From: an uncultured Candidatus Saccharibacteria bacterium | Lineage (GTDB): Bacteria; Patescibacteriota; Minisyncoccia; Phycocordibacterales; DSPV01 | Direction of reading: 5' to 3' | NCBI GenBank assembly: GCA_964617735.1 | Contig: CAZTXT010000001.1 | Coordinates: forward strand, 138,338 to 202,337 | DNA length: 64,000 nt | Shown: piece by piece, positions 26,682-36,789 of the stretch | Position numbering within the stretch: the stretch's first letter is position 1 | How the letters are laid out: the number at the start of each line of letters is the position of its first letter | Notes under the pieces: generated by a model | What the model was told of the DNA's origin: nothing | What the model saw: only the letters and a program-made list of their open reading frames with translations | The model's database searches: none | Translations under genes and position numbers: made by a program

Positions 26682-28211
26682 TTAGCGGGCGAATTCAATC
26701 GAGCGCGTTTCGCGTATAACGGTCACTTTGATCTCTCCCGGGTAGTGCAGTTCGTTTTCGATGCGCAGTGCGACATCGCGCGCAAGCTTGCTGGCTTCGA
26801 GGTCGCCTACTTCGGTGGGCGTTACGAATATCCTGATCTCGCGTCCCGCCTGCAGTGCATACGCTTTTTCAACGCCGGTGAACGATTTCGCGATGGCTTC
26901 AAGTTCCTCAAGGCGCTTGAGATAATTCTCGACGCTGTCGCGCCGCGCGCCGGGCCGCGCGCCAGAGATCGCGTCCGCGGTCTGCACGATCATGGATTCG
27001 AGCGTTTCATAAGGATACTCTTCATGATGCGCCTGCATGGCTTTCACGACCTCTTCGGATACTCCGAATTTCTGAAGGATGCGCCGCCCAATCTCGACAT
27101 GCGTTCCTTGAACCTCGTGGTCGACCGCCTTTCCGATATCATGCAAGAGTGCTCCCGCCCGCGCGACGGAGATGTTCGCGCCCAGCTCTTCCGCGATCAT
27201 GCCGGCGATGTGCGCCATTTCGACGGAGTGTTGTAGTACGTTCTGGCCGTAACTGGTGCGGAAATGCAAGCGACCCAAGATAGATATCAATCTGGGGTCG
27301 AGATTGATGACCCCCGCCTCGTATGCGGCCTGCTGGCCTTTTTCCTTGATGATCTTATTGATCTCCGTTTCGGCTTTTTCAACCGCCTTTTCTATCTTCG
27401 CGGGCTGGATGCGACCGTCCATGATGAGCTCCTCGAGCGCCACCCGCGCGACTTGGCGACGGATCGGATTGAACGACGAGATCGTGATGGCGCCCGGCGT
27501 ATCATCGACGATGAGCTCTACGCCGGTGATCCGCTCGAACGCTTTGATATTGCGACCTTCTTTGCCGATGATCTTTCCTTTGAGCTCGTCGGATGGGATA
27601 GCGACTGTTGTCGTGAGCACATCAGCGGAGACGGCGTTGCCGAGGCGCTGGATGGCGCTCGTCAGTATTTCTTTCGCGCGTCCCTCGAGCTTTTCTTCGC
27701 CGTACCGTTCCAGTTTTTGCATGCGCATCACGAGATCTTCCTCGCCTTGCTTCTCCATGGTTTTGATGAGCTCCTGCTTCGCGTCATTTTGGCTCAATCC
27801 CGCGACGCGCTCCATCTCAGCGATCTTCTGCGCTTCCATAGAATCGACGCGCTCTTTTATCTTCTTGATCTCCGCGACTTTCCCTTTGACTTCCTCGACT
27901 TCCTTGTCGATATCGAGCTGGCGTTTATCGAGCAATTCCTCTTTCTTTATCAAACGATCCTCCGTTTTCTTGAGTTTATCCTCCTTCTCTTTCATTTCCG
28001 ACCGCGACTCCTTCAGCGTTTCTTCCGCTCGTTTTTGCGCGTCTTCGACGACCCGCTTGGATTCTTCTTTCGCTTCCAGCATCATCTGCTTGATCTCGAG
28101 CTCCATAGAGCCTTTCTTTCCCAAAGAGATGATGAGCCGCAGGTAATAACCCAGCGCGACACCTGCAAGGGTGCCGAGCCCCGTAAGGAGCAGTACTAAT
28201 TTTAATGACAT
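26682..28211 (-). CDS. rny: ribonuclease Y
   Basis: N-terminal TM, long coiled coil, KH domain (GKIIGKEGRNIKAFE), HD domain (LLHDIGKAVDHE). 509 aa. Confidence 0.9.
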   Translation of the reverse strand: MSLKLVLLLTGLGTLAGVALGYYLRLIISLGKKGSMELEIKQMMLEAKEESKRVVEDAQKRAEETLKESRSEMKEKEDKLKKTEDRLIKKEELLDKRQLDIDKEVEEVKGKVAEIKKIKERVDSMEAQKIAEMERVAGLSQNDAKQELIKTMEKQGEEDLVMRMQKLERYGEEKLEGRAKEILTSAIQRLGNAVSADVLTTTVAIPSDELKGKIIGKEGRNIKAFERITGVELIVDDTPGAITISSFNPIRRQVARVALEELIMDGRIQPAKIEKAVEKAETEINKIIKEKGQQAAYEAGVINLDPRLISILGRLHFRTSYGQNVLQHSVEMAHIAGMIAEELGANISVARAGALLHDIGKAVDHEVQGTHVEIGRRILQKFGVSEEVVKAMQAHHEEYPYETLESMIVQTADAISGARPGARRDSVENYLKRLEELEAIAKSFTGVEKAYALQAGREIRIFVTPTEVGDLEASKLARDVALRIENELHYPGEIKVTVIRETRSIEFAR

Positions 28212-28400
28212 GTATACAGCGACGTCGCGTTAGGTCGCCAGTACGGGTCGTGGAAACGATGCGTGTATGTTAAGTTCCAGGCGGGACATGGTCATGTGTT
28301 CCGGACCGTTGAGCTAAAACGAGTCTTCAAAGTTAAATTCCTTTAATGGCGCCATCGTACCGCATTCTTCAGAATTTGTCCAACCTCCACCGCGCCACGG

Positions 28401-28440
28401 GAATTAAAAAGAAAGTCGGGAATCTTATTTTCCCGACTTT
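28401..28440 (-). terminator. rho-independent terminator of clpP (AAAGTCGGGAA ... TTCCCGACTTT) overlapping the stop codon, with a T-run on the minus strand
   Basis: 11-bp inverted repeat spanning the clpP stop. The A-tract at 28405..28411 on the plus strand is a T-tract for the minus transcript. Confidence 0.5.
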
Positions 28441-29024
28441 GACTTATGTATTTCGTCGATAATACCGTATTTTTTCGCCTCCTCGGCCCCCATGAAAAAG
28501 TCCCGGTCGACATCTTTCTCTATCTGCGAGAGGGGCTGTCCGGTGTTCTGCGAGAGGATCTGGTTGAGCTTTTCCCGCATCTTGAGTATCTGCTTGGCGG
28601 TGATCTCGATGTCTGTGGCCTGACCTTGTGCGCCGCCCGAAGGCTGATGGATCATAATCTCGGCATTCGGAAGCGCATAGCGCTTACCTTTCTTGCCAGC
28701 CGAGAGAAGCAGGGCTCCCGCTGATGCCGCCATACCGACGCAGACGGTCGAGACGTCAGGCTTTATATGGTTCATGGTGTCGAGGATCGCGAGCGCGTCG
28801 GAGACCGAGCCGCCAGGGGAATTGATGTAGAGCGAAATATCCTTTTTTGAATCTTCCGAGGCGAGGAAAAGCAGCTGGGCGATGATGATGTTGGCGACGT
28901 GGTCGTCTATGGGGCCGCCGAGAAAGACGATGCGCTCACGCAAAAGCCGCGAATAGATGTCATAGGCTCGCTCGCCAAACTGGGACTTTTCGATGACCGT
29001 GGGGATGAGGATTTGATTGTGCAT
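28425..29024 (-). CDS. clpP: ATP-dependent Clp protease proteolytic subunit
   Basis: [15 protein letters not shown] (Ser), MIHQP (His) and GQATD motifs. 199 aa. Confidence 0.95.
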   Translation of the reverse strand: MHNQILIPTVIEKSQFGERAYDIYSRLLRERIVFLGGPIDDHVANIIIAQLLFLASEDSKKDISLYINSPGGSVSDALAILDTMNHIKPDVSTVCVGMAASAGALLLSAGKKGKRYALPNAEIMIHQPSGGAQGQATDIEITAKQILKMREKLNQILSQNTGQPLSQIEKDVDRDFFMGAEEAKKYGIIDEIHKSKSGK

Positions 29025-29131
29025 AGGTGTAGAGGTTTATGATTGTAAGTAGGGGAAGTATAGCAGACAGGTTGTTGTTTGACAACAATTAAATCTCATG
29101 ATAATCTAATCATAGAAAGGAGGTGTGTCCT

Positions 29132-29632
29132 ATGCTCACCAAGGCAGAAATTACTCGTCTTATAGCGGAATTGCGACAGAAGGATTGGGAAACACAACTG
29201 TCCGTTTGCGATGGTGATGTCGAGATGGCTAAGTACTACCAAGAAGGAGCGCGCGAAATATTGCATACAAATGGGAAACTCATTGCTTCCGATTTGTATT
29301 CACGTGATCACATTGATGTGGTAGCCACAAGCTTTGGCATCGACTTCGATACGTTGAGCGCCATGGAGATTAATGACGCTGAACTCATCTTTCATGAATG
29401 GTTTCTCAAGAGGGCGACAGACTCAGAAATAAATGAGTTCTATCCTTTGTCGTTCGAACAGGAATGTGAATTCGGGGCCTACGCTGTGAAGTTTGAAAAC
29501 CTTGCTGCGAGAGTAGGGTTCGCAAAGGCTTTTGAGATCATGGGAGAAGAAAATAGGAAAAGGAGAAGGGAAAAAGGCTCCGAAACAGGGTTACCCCCTG
29601 TAGTTCCTAAAACACCCAATAGTCGCGGTTGA
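29132..29632 (+). CDS. hypothetical acidic protein (166 aa) in an AT-rich islet. Start ATG at 29132 preceded by AGGAGG (8-nt spacing). The track ORF starts at an upstream GTG.
   Basis: Strong RBS. No recognisable domain. Composition differs from the flanking clpP and rsmE. Confidence 0.5.
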   Translation: MLTKAEITRLIAELRQKDWETQLSVCDGDVEMAKYYQEGAREILHTNGKLIASDLYSRDHIDVVATSFGIDFDTLSAMEINDAELIFHEWFLKRATDSEINEFYPLSFEQECEFGAYAVKFENLAARVGFAKAFEIMGEENRKRRREKGSETGLPPVVPKTPNSRG

Positions 29633-29683
29633 TCGAGTCCATTTAGAGCCGACGTTAGTCGGCTCTTTTGTTATACTAGAGCG

Positions 29684-30379
29684 ATGCGGCTCCACAATTT
29701 CTTCATCGAACAAAAGCTCAAAGATAAAAAAGAGGTTTTAGTCGCTGACCCTGAAAAGATCCATCAGTGGCTCCGGGTATTTCGGTTCGGGGCAGGAGAT
29801 ACGATTCAGCTCTTAGACGATTCAGGTTTTGAATTTACGGCAGAATTTAAGGCGTTGAGCCCGGGCGGCGCGACGCTTTCGATACTAGAAGCGAAGCACA
29901 ACACTAAAGCTCCATCCCAAGAGATTTTCTTGTTTCAATCCCTCATCAAAAGCGATAAGTTCGAATGGGTTTTGCAGAAGGGAACAGAACTCGGCGTATC
30001 GAGATTTATGCCGATTCTCGCCGACCGGAGCGAGAAAAAGAGTCTCAATTTCGAGCGGGCGAAAAAGATCATCGTTGAAGCGGCGGAGCAGTGCGGTAGA
30101 GGAGAGCTGCCGAAGTTCTATGAGGTGATGAAGCTCGAGGAAGCATTCGGGCAATACGATGCACGAGCAGTCGTGTTTCACCCCGATGCTCCGGCGTTCG
30201 ACAAAAAAGAATTTGTGAACGAAAAGCACCTCGCAGTCTTCATCGGCCCCGAGGGCGGCTGGAGCGACCGCGAGATGCAGCTTTTTGAGCAGAAAAAAGT
30301 CCCGGTGTACTCCTTTAGTCCGCTTATCCTGCGCAGCGAGACGGCCGCTATCGCGATCGCATCGCTGATTCTCCTTTAA
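29684..30379 (+). CDS. rsmE: 16S rRNA (uracil1498-N3)-methyltransferase RsmE family
   Basis: MRLHNFFIE start, PUA-like N-terminus, SPOUT C-terminus (AVFIGPEGGWSDRE...). 231 aa. Confidence 0.85.
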   Translation: MRLHNFFIEQKLKDKKEVLVADPEKIHQWLRVFRFGAGDTIQLLDDSGFEFTAEFKALSPGGATLSILEAKHNTKAPSQEIFLFQSLIKSDKFEWVLQKGTELGVSRFMPILADRSEKKSLNFERAKKIIVEAAEQCGRGELPKFYEVMKLEEAFGQYDARAVVFHPDAPAFDKKEFVNEKHLAVFIGPEGGWSDREMQLFEQKKVPVYSFSPLILRSETAAIAIASLILL

Positions 30380-30463
30380 AGACCTCTTCTTCAGAGAGGT
30401 TTGCCGGTGTATCTGCCTTGTGCTAGGGTGGCGGGAGTTTGAACTTCTACAGAAAGGATATGT

Positions 30464-31149
30464 ATGTCACCAAAGCCGATCAGGGACTACTCCCTCGGAG
30501 AATTCCAGAAACTCAACGACGCCATTTACGGCACCGTCAACAGCATCAACTATGGCAGAGCCGCGATGGTTTCGCGCATGCACCGCTATATCACGCAAGC
30601 CTTGAAGTGCGTCCGTAAAGGCAAAACCGATCAGATGGGGTATTACCTCGCCATGGCATTTTCGTGGTCGCTCGCGTTCGCGAATCGAATGCGCATTGAT
30701 CTTGAGAAAGAGACGTGGAAACGCTTCCCGGGCCTATGCCCCTATTGCGGCACGGTACCATGCTCATGCACCGTACGCGCGATGAGCCGGGCATCCGTAG
30801 ATGTAGGAGAGACAAAACAGCCCGAGACGCTTCGGGAATATCAAGAGATGTTCCGGCGTATCTACCCTGAAAACAAACTGCAGGGCGCTGTCACGCATCT
30901 TGCCGAAGAGGTCGGTGAACTCGATGAAGTGCTCGAGCATTTTAAAGGCACTCATGAGCACAATCACAGTACATCGAAATCGTCACGGAACTGGTCGATC
31001 TCGACACGAACCTGTGCGCCGCGGCATCCTGTCTTGGCTTAGACCTTGCAATCGAGATGGAGATTGTATTCAGAGACGGCTGTCCTAAGTGCCATACAGC
31101 ACCCTGCGGCTGTTGGTATGTGACCGCTGAACTGGCCAGTGTTCGGTAG
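30464..31149 (+). CDS. tandem-domain MazG-like nucleotide pyrophosphohydrolase with two CPxCxTxPCxC cysteine motifs. The reading frame is disrupted near 30955-30975, so either a frameshift or pseudogene, or a sequencing error.
   Basis: Frame 1 (30464..31042) carries HLAEEVGELDEV (MazG EExxE). A -1 frame continues with the expected second helix IEIVTELVDLDTNLCAAASCLGLDLAIEMEIVFRDGCPKCHTAPCGCW up to TAG at 31147. The motifs CPYCGTVPCSC and CPKCHTAPCGC are equivalent in the two halves. Confidence 0.6.
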
Positions 31150-31160
31150 CCTGTTTATCA

Positions 31161-31192
31161 AAACCGCCTCGACGTCGTCGGGCGGTTTTTTT
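31161..31192. terminator. bidirectional rho-independent terminator (CCGCC ... GGCGG followed by a T-run, with an A-tract upstream) between the MazG-like gene and tig
   Basis: GC stem with a 7-T run. Overlaps the tig stop. Confidence 0.6.
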
Positions 31193-32285
31193 ATTTCTGT
31201 TTCTCGAGGAATTCGAGGACTTTCTGTCGAAGCAAGACCCGTTCGACGTAAAGCTTCGCGGCTTCTTTATCGGCGTCTTTGTAATGTTCAAGCAGATGTT
31301 TGCTTTCGCGCTCGATGTCTTCTGCGGGCACGTTCAAGTTCTCTGCACGGGCTATTCTCGGAAGGATGAGCTCGAATTTAGCGCGTTTTTCCGCATTACT
31401 GTGCCACTCTTTGCGCAATTCTTCGCGTGTTTTTCGTATAGTCTTTAGGTACTCGTCCGGTTTTTGACCCATGCGCTCTATATCCTGATTGAACTCTGCT
31501 TCGATCCGATCGAGCTCGTGTTCTATGAGCGGCTCGGGGAGCTCTAAGTCGGTTGCCGCCACGATCTTCTCTATGATCCCCAGTACATGCTTCTCTCGCT
31601 CGCGGGCTTGTTTGTCCGTCTGCAGATCGTTTTTGAGTTTTTCTGTGAAATCGGCGACGGACGCAAAGTTCCCGAGCTTCTTTACCAATGCATCGGTAAG
31701 CGGCGCCGGCTCGGAGTTCGAAGCTTCTTTCTCCGGTCGCGCGGCCCCATCTTGATGCGCGAGTATCTTTCTGATATGCATGAGCGATTCGTCGAGCTCT
31801 TTGTCGCTGACCGAGATTTCCGGTCTCTGTTTGCTATTCTCTCTGGCGGCGAGGGATTTATAGTCTGGCAACGAGATTGTCGGTAGGATCGCGACCTGCA
31901 TTTTGAAGCGCAAGGGGTTGTTGCGCGCGAGCATCGTGATCGAGATCGAGGGTTGTCCGACGAACGTCAATTGTTTCTCTTTGAGCACGGAAACGAGCGC
32001 TTCGTGCACTAGCTCGTCGGCTGCTTGTTCAAGCACTCGCATCTCGCCTACTTTCGAGAGGACAATCGCCTCGGGGACTTTCCCTTTTCGAAATCCTGGT
32101 ACTTGTGCTTCCGCCGAGAGCTTCTTGAGGTGCAATGCATGCGAACGTTCGAGAGTTTCGGCCGGTATCTCTACCTCGAATTCCTTCTCGGATCTCCTGA
32201 CGTCGCGCTCGCTGATGATCGTGTAATCGGGGTAGTGCATATAAGTTTTGACAGTGTATCGGGAGAAGCGTCTTTCGGCAAGCAA
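31191..32285 (-). CDS. tig: trigger factor (short form, 364 aa)
   Basis: N-domain FEVEIPAE...GFRKGKVP ribosome-binding signature. Central PPIase-like region and a short C-terminal arm. Confidence 0.85.
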   Translation of the reverse strand: MLAERRFSRYTVKTYMHYPDYTIISERDVRRSEKEFEVEIPAETLERSHALHLKKLSAEAQVPGFRKGKVPEAIVLSKVGEMRVLEQAADELVHEALVSVLKEKQLTFVGQPSISITMLARNNPLRFKMQVAILPTISLPDYKSLAARENSKQRPEISVSDKELDESLMHIRKILAHQDGAARPEKEASNSEPAPLTDALVKKLGNFASVADFTEKLKNDLQTDKQAREREKHVLGIIEKIVAATDLELPEPLIEHELDRIEAEFNQDIERMGQKPDEYLKTIRKTREELRKEWHSNAEKRAKFELILPRIARAENLNVPAEDIERESKHLLEHYKDADKEAAKLYVERVLLRQKVLEFLEKQK

Positions 32286-32342
32286 CGAAAAACTGCCTGT
32301 CGGCAGTTTTTCGTTGCGTTCGAATCAAGACTCGAAGGATCA

Positions 32343-32639
32343 CTACGGCCCCATTTCCTGCTGCACCGCGTTCATATCGGTATCAACTCCATCGACGGTC
32401 GTTGCATTGAGGTCTGCGGATATATCCTGGACGCTGTCGGTGGATGCTACGGTGGGATTACTTTCCGTGGTCGGTGTGCTGGTTTGAGGATAGGGTTCTT
32501 CACTCTTGTTGAGCGAGCTTCCCCAGAAATACAGGGCTCCGATGATGAGGACGAGGACGATGATGACGATACCCACAGCCGGCCCCGCAGATCGTTTGGG
32601 CATCTGCGATTGCGACGGCATCTGGTTCATTTGATCCAT
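32343..32639 (-). CDS. hypothetical small membrane protein (98 aa, one TM VGIVIIVLVLIIGALYFW)
   Basis: TM helix plus a Thr/Ser-rich tail. No family assignable. Confidence 0.4.
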   Translation of the reverse strand: MDQMNQMPSQSQMPKRSAGPAVGIVIIVLVLIIGALYFWGSSLNKSEEPYPQTSTPTTESNPTVASTDSVQDISADLNATTVDGVDTDMNAVQQEMGP

Positions 32640-32663
32640 TTGTTTTGTTGATAGTTAAGGCTA

Positions 32664-33203
32664 TTACGGGGTCGAGGGAGTAGTGGTCGCGCGAATCGTT
32701 CCCGGCTTGATGGAGTTTATGGTATCAACCAGGGCGGCGTGTGCAGCTTTTATTGTATCCCGTGCGGCGACGATGACGGCGCGCGCTTTCTTGAACTCGC
32801 CTTTTGGATTGTCTGACGTGATGACGGCTTCGACCGCAGCAGTGATGCCGGCAACGGCAGTTTTCGCGTCAGCGATCTTGGCCCGTGCCGTTTGTAATTT
32901 CGCTCGTGCAGCAGAAACGGATGCGCCTTCCGCTGCGAGTTTATTGAGTCGCGTGTCGATGCGGTTCGCGATGTTCTCAAGACGCGTGATAACGGCATTG
33001 AAGCGATTCACGGTCCGGCTCGCAAATTCCCGGATCAGTTTCGTGCGACGCTCGTCAAGTTTTGCCATGACGGCCGCCTTCCTTTCCTGGCGGGTCGTTG
33101 TCGCATGCGTGCTTGATGCTGCATTCGTAGAGAACGCGGCCGCGCTGCTCGCGGTGGAGAGCGTTACGAGCACGATAGCGACGAGGTGATTTATTTTGCT
33201 CAT
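32664..33203 (-). CDS. hypothetical secreted alpha-helical protein (179 aa)
   Basis: Signal peptide MSKINHLVAIVLVTLSTASSAAA. Ala/Arg-rich coiled-coil-like body. Confidence 0.45.
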   Translation of the reverse strand: MSKINHLVAIVLVTLSTASSAAAFSTNAASSTHATTTRQERKAAVMAKLDERRTKLIREFASRTVNRFNAVITRLENIANRIDTRLNKLAAEGASVSAARAKLQTARAKIADAKTAVAGITAAVEAVITSDNPKGEFKKARAVIVAARDTIKAAHAALVDTINSIKPGTIRATTTPSTP

Positions 33204-33376
33204 AGATATTTAATGATTAATAAAGGTGAAAGAATTATATACCTGCTTTCAGAGAATTCAAGCGGTCCGTGAAGAAAATCTGACATTGGATGAATTTTCG
33301 ATGAAGGTCGCTTGCGAAGCAGAGCAAACCGCGCGAATGCGGGGTTTTGCGATAGTGTATAAAGTATCCGTGGTTG

Positions 33377-35416
33377 TTATTTAGCGAGCAAGCCGACGAG
33401 TAGCAGCGCAACGATATTGAGGATTTTGATCATCGGATTGATCGCGGGTCCCGCCGTATCTTTGTACGGATCTCCGACGGTATCTCCCGTAACCGCCGCT
33501 TTATGCGCATCTGAACCTTTGCCTCCGTAGTTTCCCGCTTCGATGTATTTCTTAGCGTTGTCCCATGCCCCGCCGCCTGAAGTCATCGAGATGGCGACGA
33601 AAAGCCCTGTGATGATAGCACCGACGAGAAGTCCTCCGAGCGCAACCGGGCCGAGGATGAATCCGACGATGATCGGCGCGAGAACGGGGATGAGTGCTGG
33701 CAGGACCATTTGTCTGATAGCCGCACTGGTGACGATGTCCACGGCGCGAGCGTAATCAGGCTTCGTTTTACCCTCCATGATGCCTTTGATCTCTTTGAAT
33801 TGTCGGCGCACTTCCGTGACGACTTCTCCGGCTGTTTTTCCGACTGCTTCCATTGCAAGCGCAGCGAAGTAATAGGGGAGTAGCCCGCCGACGAAAAGAC
33901 CGACGAGAACCTTCGGGTCGCCGAGCACGAAACTCAATTGCTTGCCCAGCGCGCTGAATTCCTGTGTGTAGGACGAGAAGAGTACGAGCGCCGCAAGCCC
34001 CGCCGAGCCGATCGCGTAGCCTTTGGTTACCGCTTTGGTTGTATTGCCCACGGCATCAAGCGGATCGGTCACATCTCGAACTTCTTTCGGAAGATTAGCC
34101 ATTTCGGCAATGCCGCCGGCGTTGTCGGTAATAGGACCGTACGCGTCGATCGCGACGATGATGCCCGCCATCGAGAGCATCGACATCGCAGCGATCGCGA
34201 TGCCGTAGAGTCCGGCGAAGTGATACGCGAAGAGAATACCCGCGACGATGGTCAAAAGCGGCAATGCAGTCGCTTTCATCGAGACGGCGAGTCCCTGGAT
34301 AATGTTCGTGCCGTGCCCCGAGACTGACGCTTTCGCGATGGACTGCACGGGTTTAAATTGCGTTCCGGTATAGTACTCGGTGATCCAGACGAGGAGTGCG
34401 GTGACAGCGAGTCCTACAAGCGTGCAGTAAAAGAGGTCGAGAGTTTGATAGATGCCGTTTCCGGTCATGAGGCGCTCGGTTAGGGGGTAGAATGCAATTG
34501 CCGAGAGCACTCCTGCAACAGCCAATCCTTTATACATCGCTGCCATGATATGTTGTGATTTTCCGAGGCGCACGAACCAGGTTCCCATGATCGAAGAGAA
34601 GATCGATATGCCTCCCACCGCAAGCGGGAAGAGGAGCGCATGCTCGGAGTTGAAAGAAGAACCTGCTTGGGCAGCAACTGTCGATGATTCTTTAGCGAAG
34701 GTGAGCGACCCGAGAATGATAGCCGCAATGGAGGTGACCGCATAGGTCTCAAAAAGGTCCGCTGCCATGCCGGCACAGTCGCCGACGTTGTCGCCGACGT
34801 TGTCCGCAATAACTCCCGGATTTCGCGGATCATCTTCGGGTATGCCGGCTTCTACTTTCCCCACAAGGTCAGCACCGACGTCCGCCGCTTTGGTGAAGAT
34901 GCCGCCGCCGAGGCGCGCAAAGACGGAAATAAGCGATGCACCGAATCCAAGGCCGATGAGTGATTTAATATCATGGGTGAGCGCGTAGAATCCAGAGACT
35001 CCCAAGAGCGCAAGACCGACGACAAGAAGTCCCGTGACCGAGCCGCCGCGGAAGGCAAGCGAGAGTGCGGGAGCAAGACCTTCGCGCGCCGCTTGTGCGG
35101 TGCGGACATTGGCGCGCACCGAGACATTCATGCCGATGTAGCCGGCAAGTCCGCTAAAAACGGCACCCACCAGAAATCCCAGCGCGGTTGTGATCCCCAG
35201 CAATGCCCACAGGATAATGAAGAGCACCGCAGCGATTGGGGCGATCGTCCGGTATTGCCGATTGAGGTATGCCTTCGCGCCCTCTCGGATCGCGCCGGAA
35301 ATCTCCTGCATGCGCGCACTCCCCGCGTCCTTGCGGATGACCTGGCGCGCGAGAAAGAGGCCGTAGAGAATAGCGACGACGGAGCTTATAAGGGCGAACA
35401 AAACATACGTGCTCAT
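33377..35416 (-). CDS. hppA: membrane-bound proton-translocating pyrophosphatase (V-type H+-PPase). True start MSTYVLF at 35416; the track ORF is 5'-extended into nusA.
   Basis: [19 protein letters not shown] and [21 protein letters not shown] signature motifs. 16 TM. 679 aa from the chosen start. Confidence 0.9.
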   Translation of the reverse strand: MSTYVLFALISSVVAILYGLFLARQVIRKDAGSARMQEISGAIREGAKAYLNRQYRTIAPIAAVLFIILWALLGITTALGFLVGAVFSGLAGYIGMNVSVRANVRTAQAAREGLAPALSLAFRGGSVTGLLVVGLALLGVSGFYALTHDIKSLIGLGFGASLISVFARLGGGIFTKAADVGADLVGKVEAGIPEDDPRNPGVIADNVGDNVGDCAGMAADLFETYAVTSIAAIILGSLTFAKESSTVAAQAGSSFNSEHALLFPLAVGGISIFSSIMGTWFVRLGKSQHIMAAMYKGLAVAGVLSAIAFYPLTERLMTGNGIYQTLDLFYCTLVGLAVTALLVWITEYYTGTQFKPVQSIAKASVSGHGTNIIQGLAVSMKATALPLLTIVAGILFAYHFAGLYGIAIAAMSMLSMAGIIVAIDAYGPITDNAGGIAEMANLPKEVRDVTDPLDAVGNTTKAVTKGYAIGSAGLAALVLFSSYTQEFSALGKQLSFVLGDPKVLVGLFVGGLLPYYFAALAMEAVGKTAGEVVTEVRRQFKEIKGIMEGKTKPDYARAVDIVTSAAIRQMVLPALIPVLAPIIVGFILGPVALGGLLVGAIITGLFVAISMTSGGGAWDNAKKYIEAGNYGGKGSDAHKAAVTGDTVGDPYKDTAGPAINPMIKILNIVALLLVGLLAK

Positions 35417-35444
35417 AAATGCAATGAAAGAATTTAGTAATGTT

Positions 35445-36635
35445 TTATTGAGTCGGCGCCGCTTTTTCCATTTCCTCTCCCGACGGCGTTTCTTCATCGG
35501 ACGCCGGTTCTCCTTCTGGAGCGTCGGTTGACTGTATATCGATCCGCCATCCGGTCAATTTCGCGGCGAGCCGGACATTCTGACCTCCTTTGCCGATAGC
35601 CAGCGATTGTTGGTCCGGAGTGACTTTGACTTTAGCTTGTTTTTCCTGTTCGTCAATGATCTGGACCGACAGCACACGCGCCGGCGAGAGCGCATCTTCG
35701 ATGAACTGTTTCGGATCAGCGGACCACTCGATGATGTCTATTTTCTCTCCGCCGAGCTCTGACATGACGGTGGAGACCCGCACGCCGCGCTGGCCGACGA
35801 GGGATCCGACCGGGTCCACGTGGCTGTCATGCGAGAGAACCGAGACTTTAGAGCGAGAGCCTGCCTCGCGCGCGATGACCTTGATCTCAACGACTCCCGT
35901 CGCTACCTCCGGCGTCTCCATAGAAAAGAGCTTCTCGAGGAATTTCGGATGAGAACGTGAAAGCTTGAGAAAGACGCCTTTCGGAGTCTCTTCCACTTTG
36001 TAGAGATAGGCGCGGATGCGCTCGCCTTGCTTGTAGCGCTCTCCCGGGATCTGCTCTTCATAGGGGAGTATGGCGCTCGTGCGTCCCATGTCGATGAAGA
36101 GGTTCCCTCGTTCGATGCGCTGGACTGTACCCGAGACGATGTCTCCCTCGCGTTTCCCGAACTCTTCGAGCACGGAGATCTTTTCTGCTTCGCGGATCTT
36201 TTGGATGATCACCTGTTTCGCCGTTTGCGCCGCGATGCGGCCGTAATCTGATTTAGCTTCGAGAGGAAATACGATCTCATCATCGATCTGTGCGTCGGCT
36301 TTTATTTTCTTGGCATCCGGCAGAAGGATATGATGTTCGGAATTGAATCGAATCTTTTCTTCCTCCGCCGCTTCTTTCGGCTCATCCGCTTCCGTCTCGT
36401 CGCCTTCTTCCATGATGACTTTTTCCGGGTCTACGACGACTTTCACTTGAAAGAAGTCTGTTTTCCCGGTATCGGGATCGAACGTTGCCCTAATGATCTG
36501 GCCCTTTTTGCCGTACTCTTTTTTATACGCAGTCGCCAAAGCCATCGAGATTGCCTCGAGGACTTTTTCTTTGGGGATTCCGCGCTCTTCTTGGAGTTGG
36601 TCGAGGACCGATTTGATGACTTTAAGATCGAACAT
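35445..36635 (-). CDS. nusA: transcription termination/antitermination factor NusA
   Basis: N-terminal domain, S1 domain, two KH domains. 396 aa with an acidic tail. Confidence 0.9.
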   Translation of the reverse strand: MFDLKVIKSVLDQLQEERGIPKEKVLEAISMALATAYKKEYGKKGQIIRATFDPDTGKTDFFQVKVVVDPEKVIMEEGDETEADEPKEAAEEEKIRFNSEHHILLPDAKKIKADAQIDDEIVFPLEAKSDYGRIAAQTAKQVIIQKIREAEKISVLEEFGKREGDIVSGTVQRIERGNLFIDMGRTSAILPYEEQIPGERYKQGERIRAYLYKVEETPKGVFLKLSRSHPKFLEKLFSMETPEVATGVVEIKVIAREAGSRSKVSVLSHDSHVDPVGSLVGQRGVRVSTVMSELGGEKIDIIEWSADPKQFIEDALSPARVLSVQIIDEQEKQAKVKVTPDQQSLAIGKGGQNVRLAAKLTGWRIDIQSTDAPEGEPASDEETPSGEEMEKAAPTQ

Positions 36636-36755
36636 GATTTATTTTTTAAAAAAATAAGCCCGCCGGCAGGCGAACTTCATGGCTCCATAGTACGCGCCAT
36701 TTATTTTTTTGTCAACCCGTTGGCATCAACCCCGTTTCAGCGCCTGCAATAAGAA

Positions 36756-36783
36756 AGAGCCCAAGGATAGATCCTTGGGCTCT
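36756..36783 (-). terminator. rho-independent terminator (13-bp palindrome AGAGCCCAAGGAT-ag-ATCCTTGGGCTCT) after gene 36790..37743
   Basis: Perfect 13-bp stem. A-tract on the plus side equals a T-tract for the minus transcript. Confidence 0.65.
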
Positions 36784-36789
36784 CATTGT

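Noticed and set aside
27256-28199. Long plus-strand ORFs 27256..28146 and 27264..28199 (about 300 aa)
   Set aside because: They are antisense to RNase Y, whose HD/KH motifs are unambiguous. Ser/Leu/Phe-rich low-complexity translations are typical of the reverse frame of a Glu/Lys-rich coiled coil.
35417-35497. N-terminal extension of hppA ([27 protein letters not shown]) overlapping nusA
   Set aside because: The Lys/Arg run is the reverse-frame reading of the nusA 3' acidic tail. The pyrophosphatase starts at the internal MSTYVLF, so the upstream part is an ORF-caller extension.
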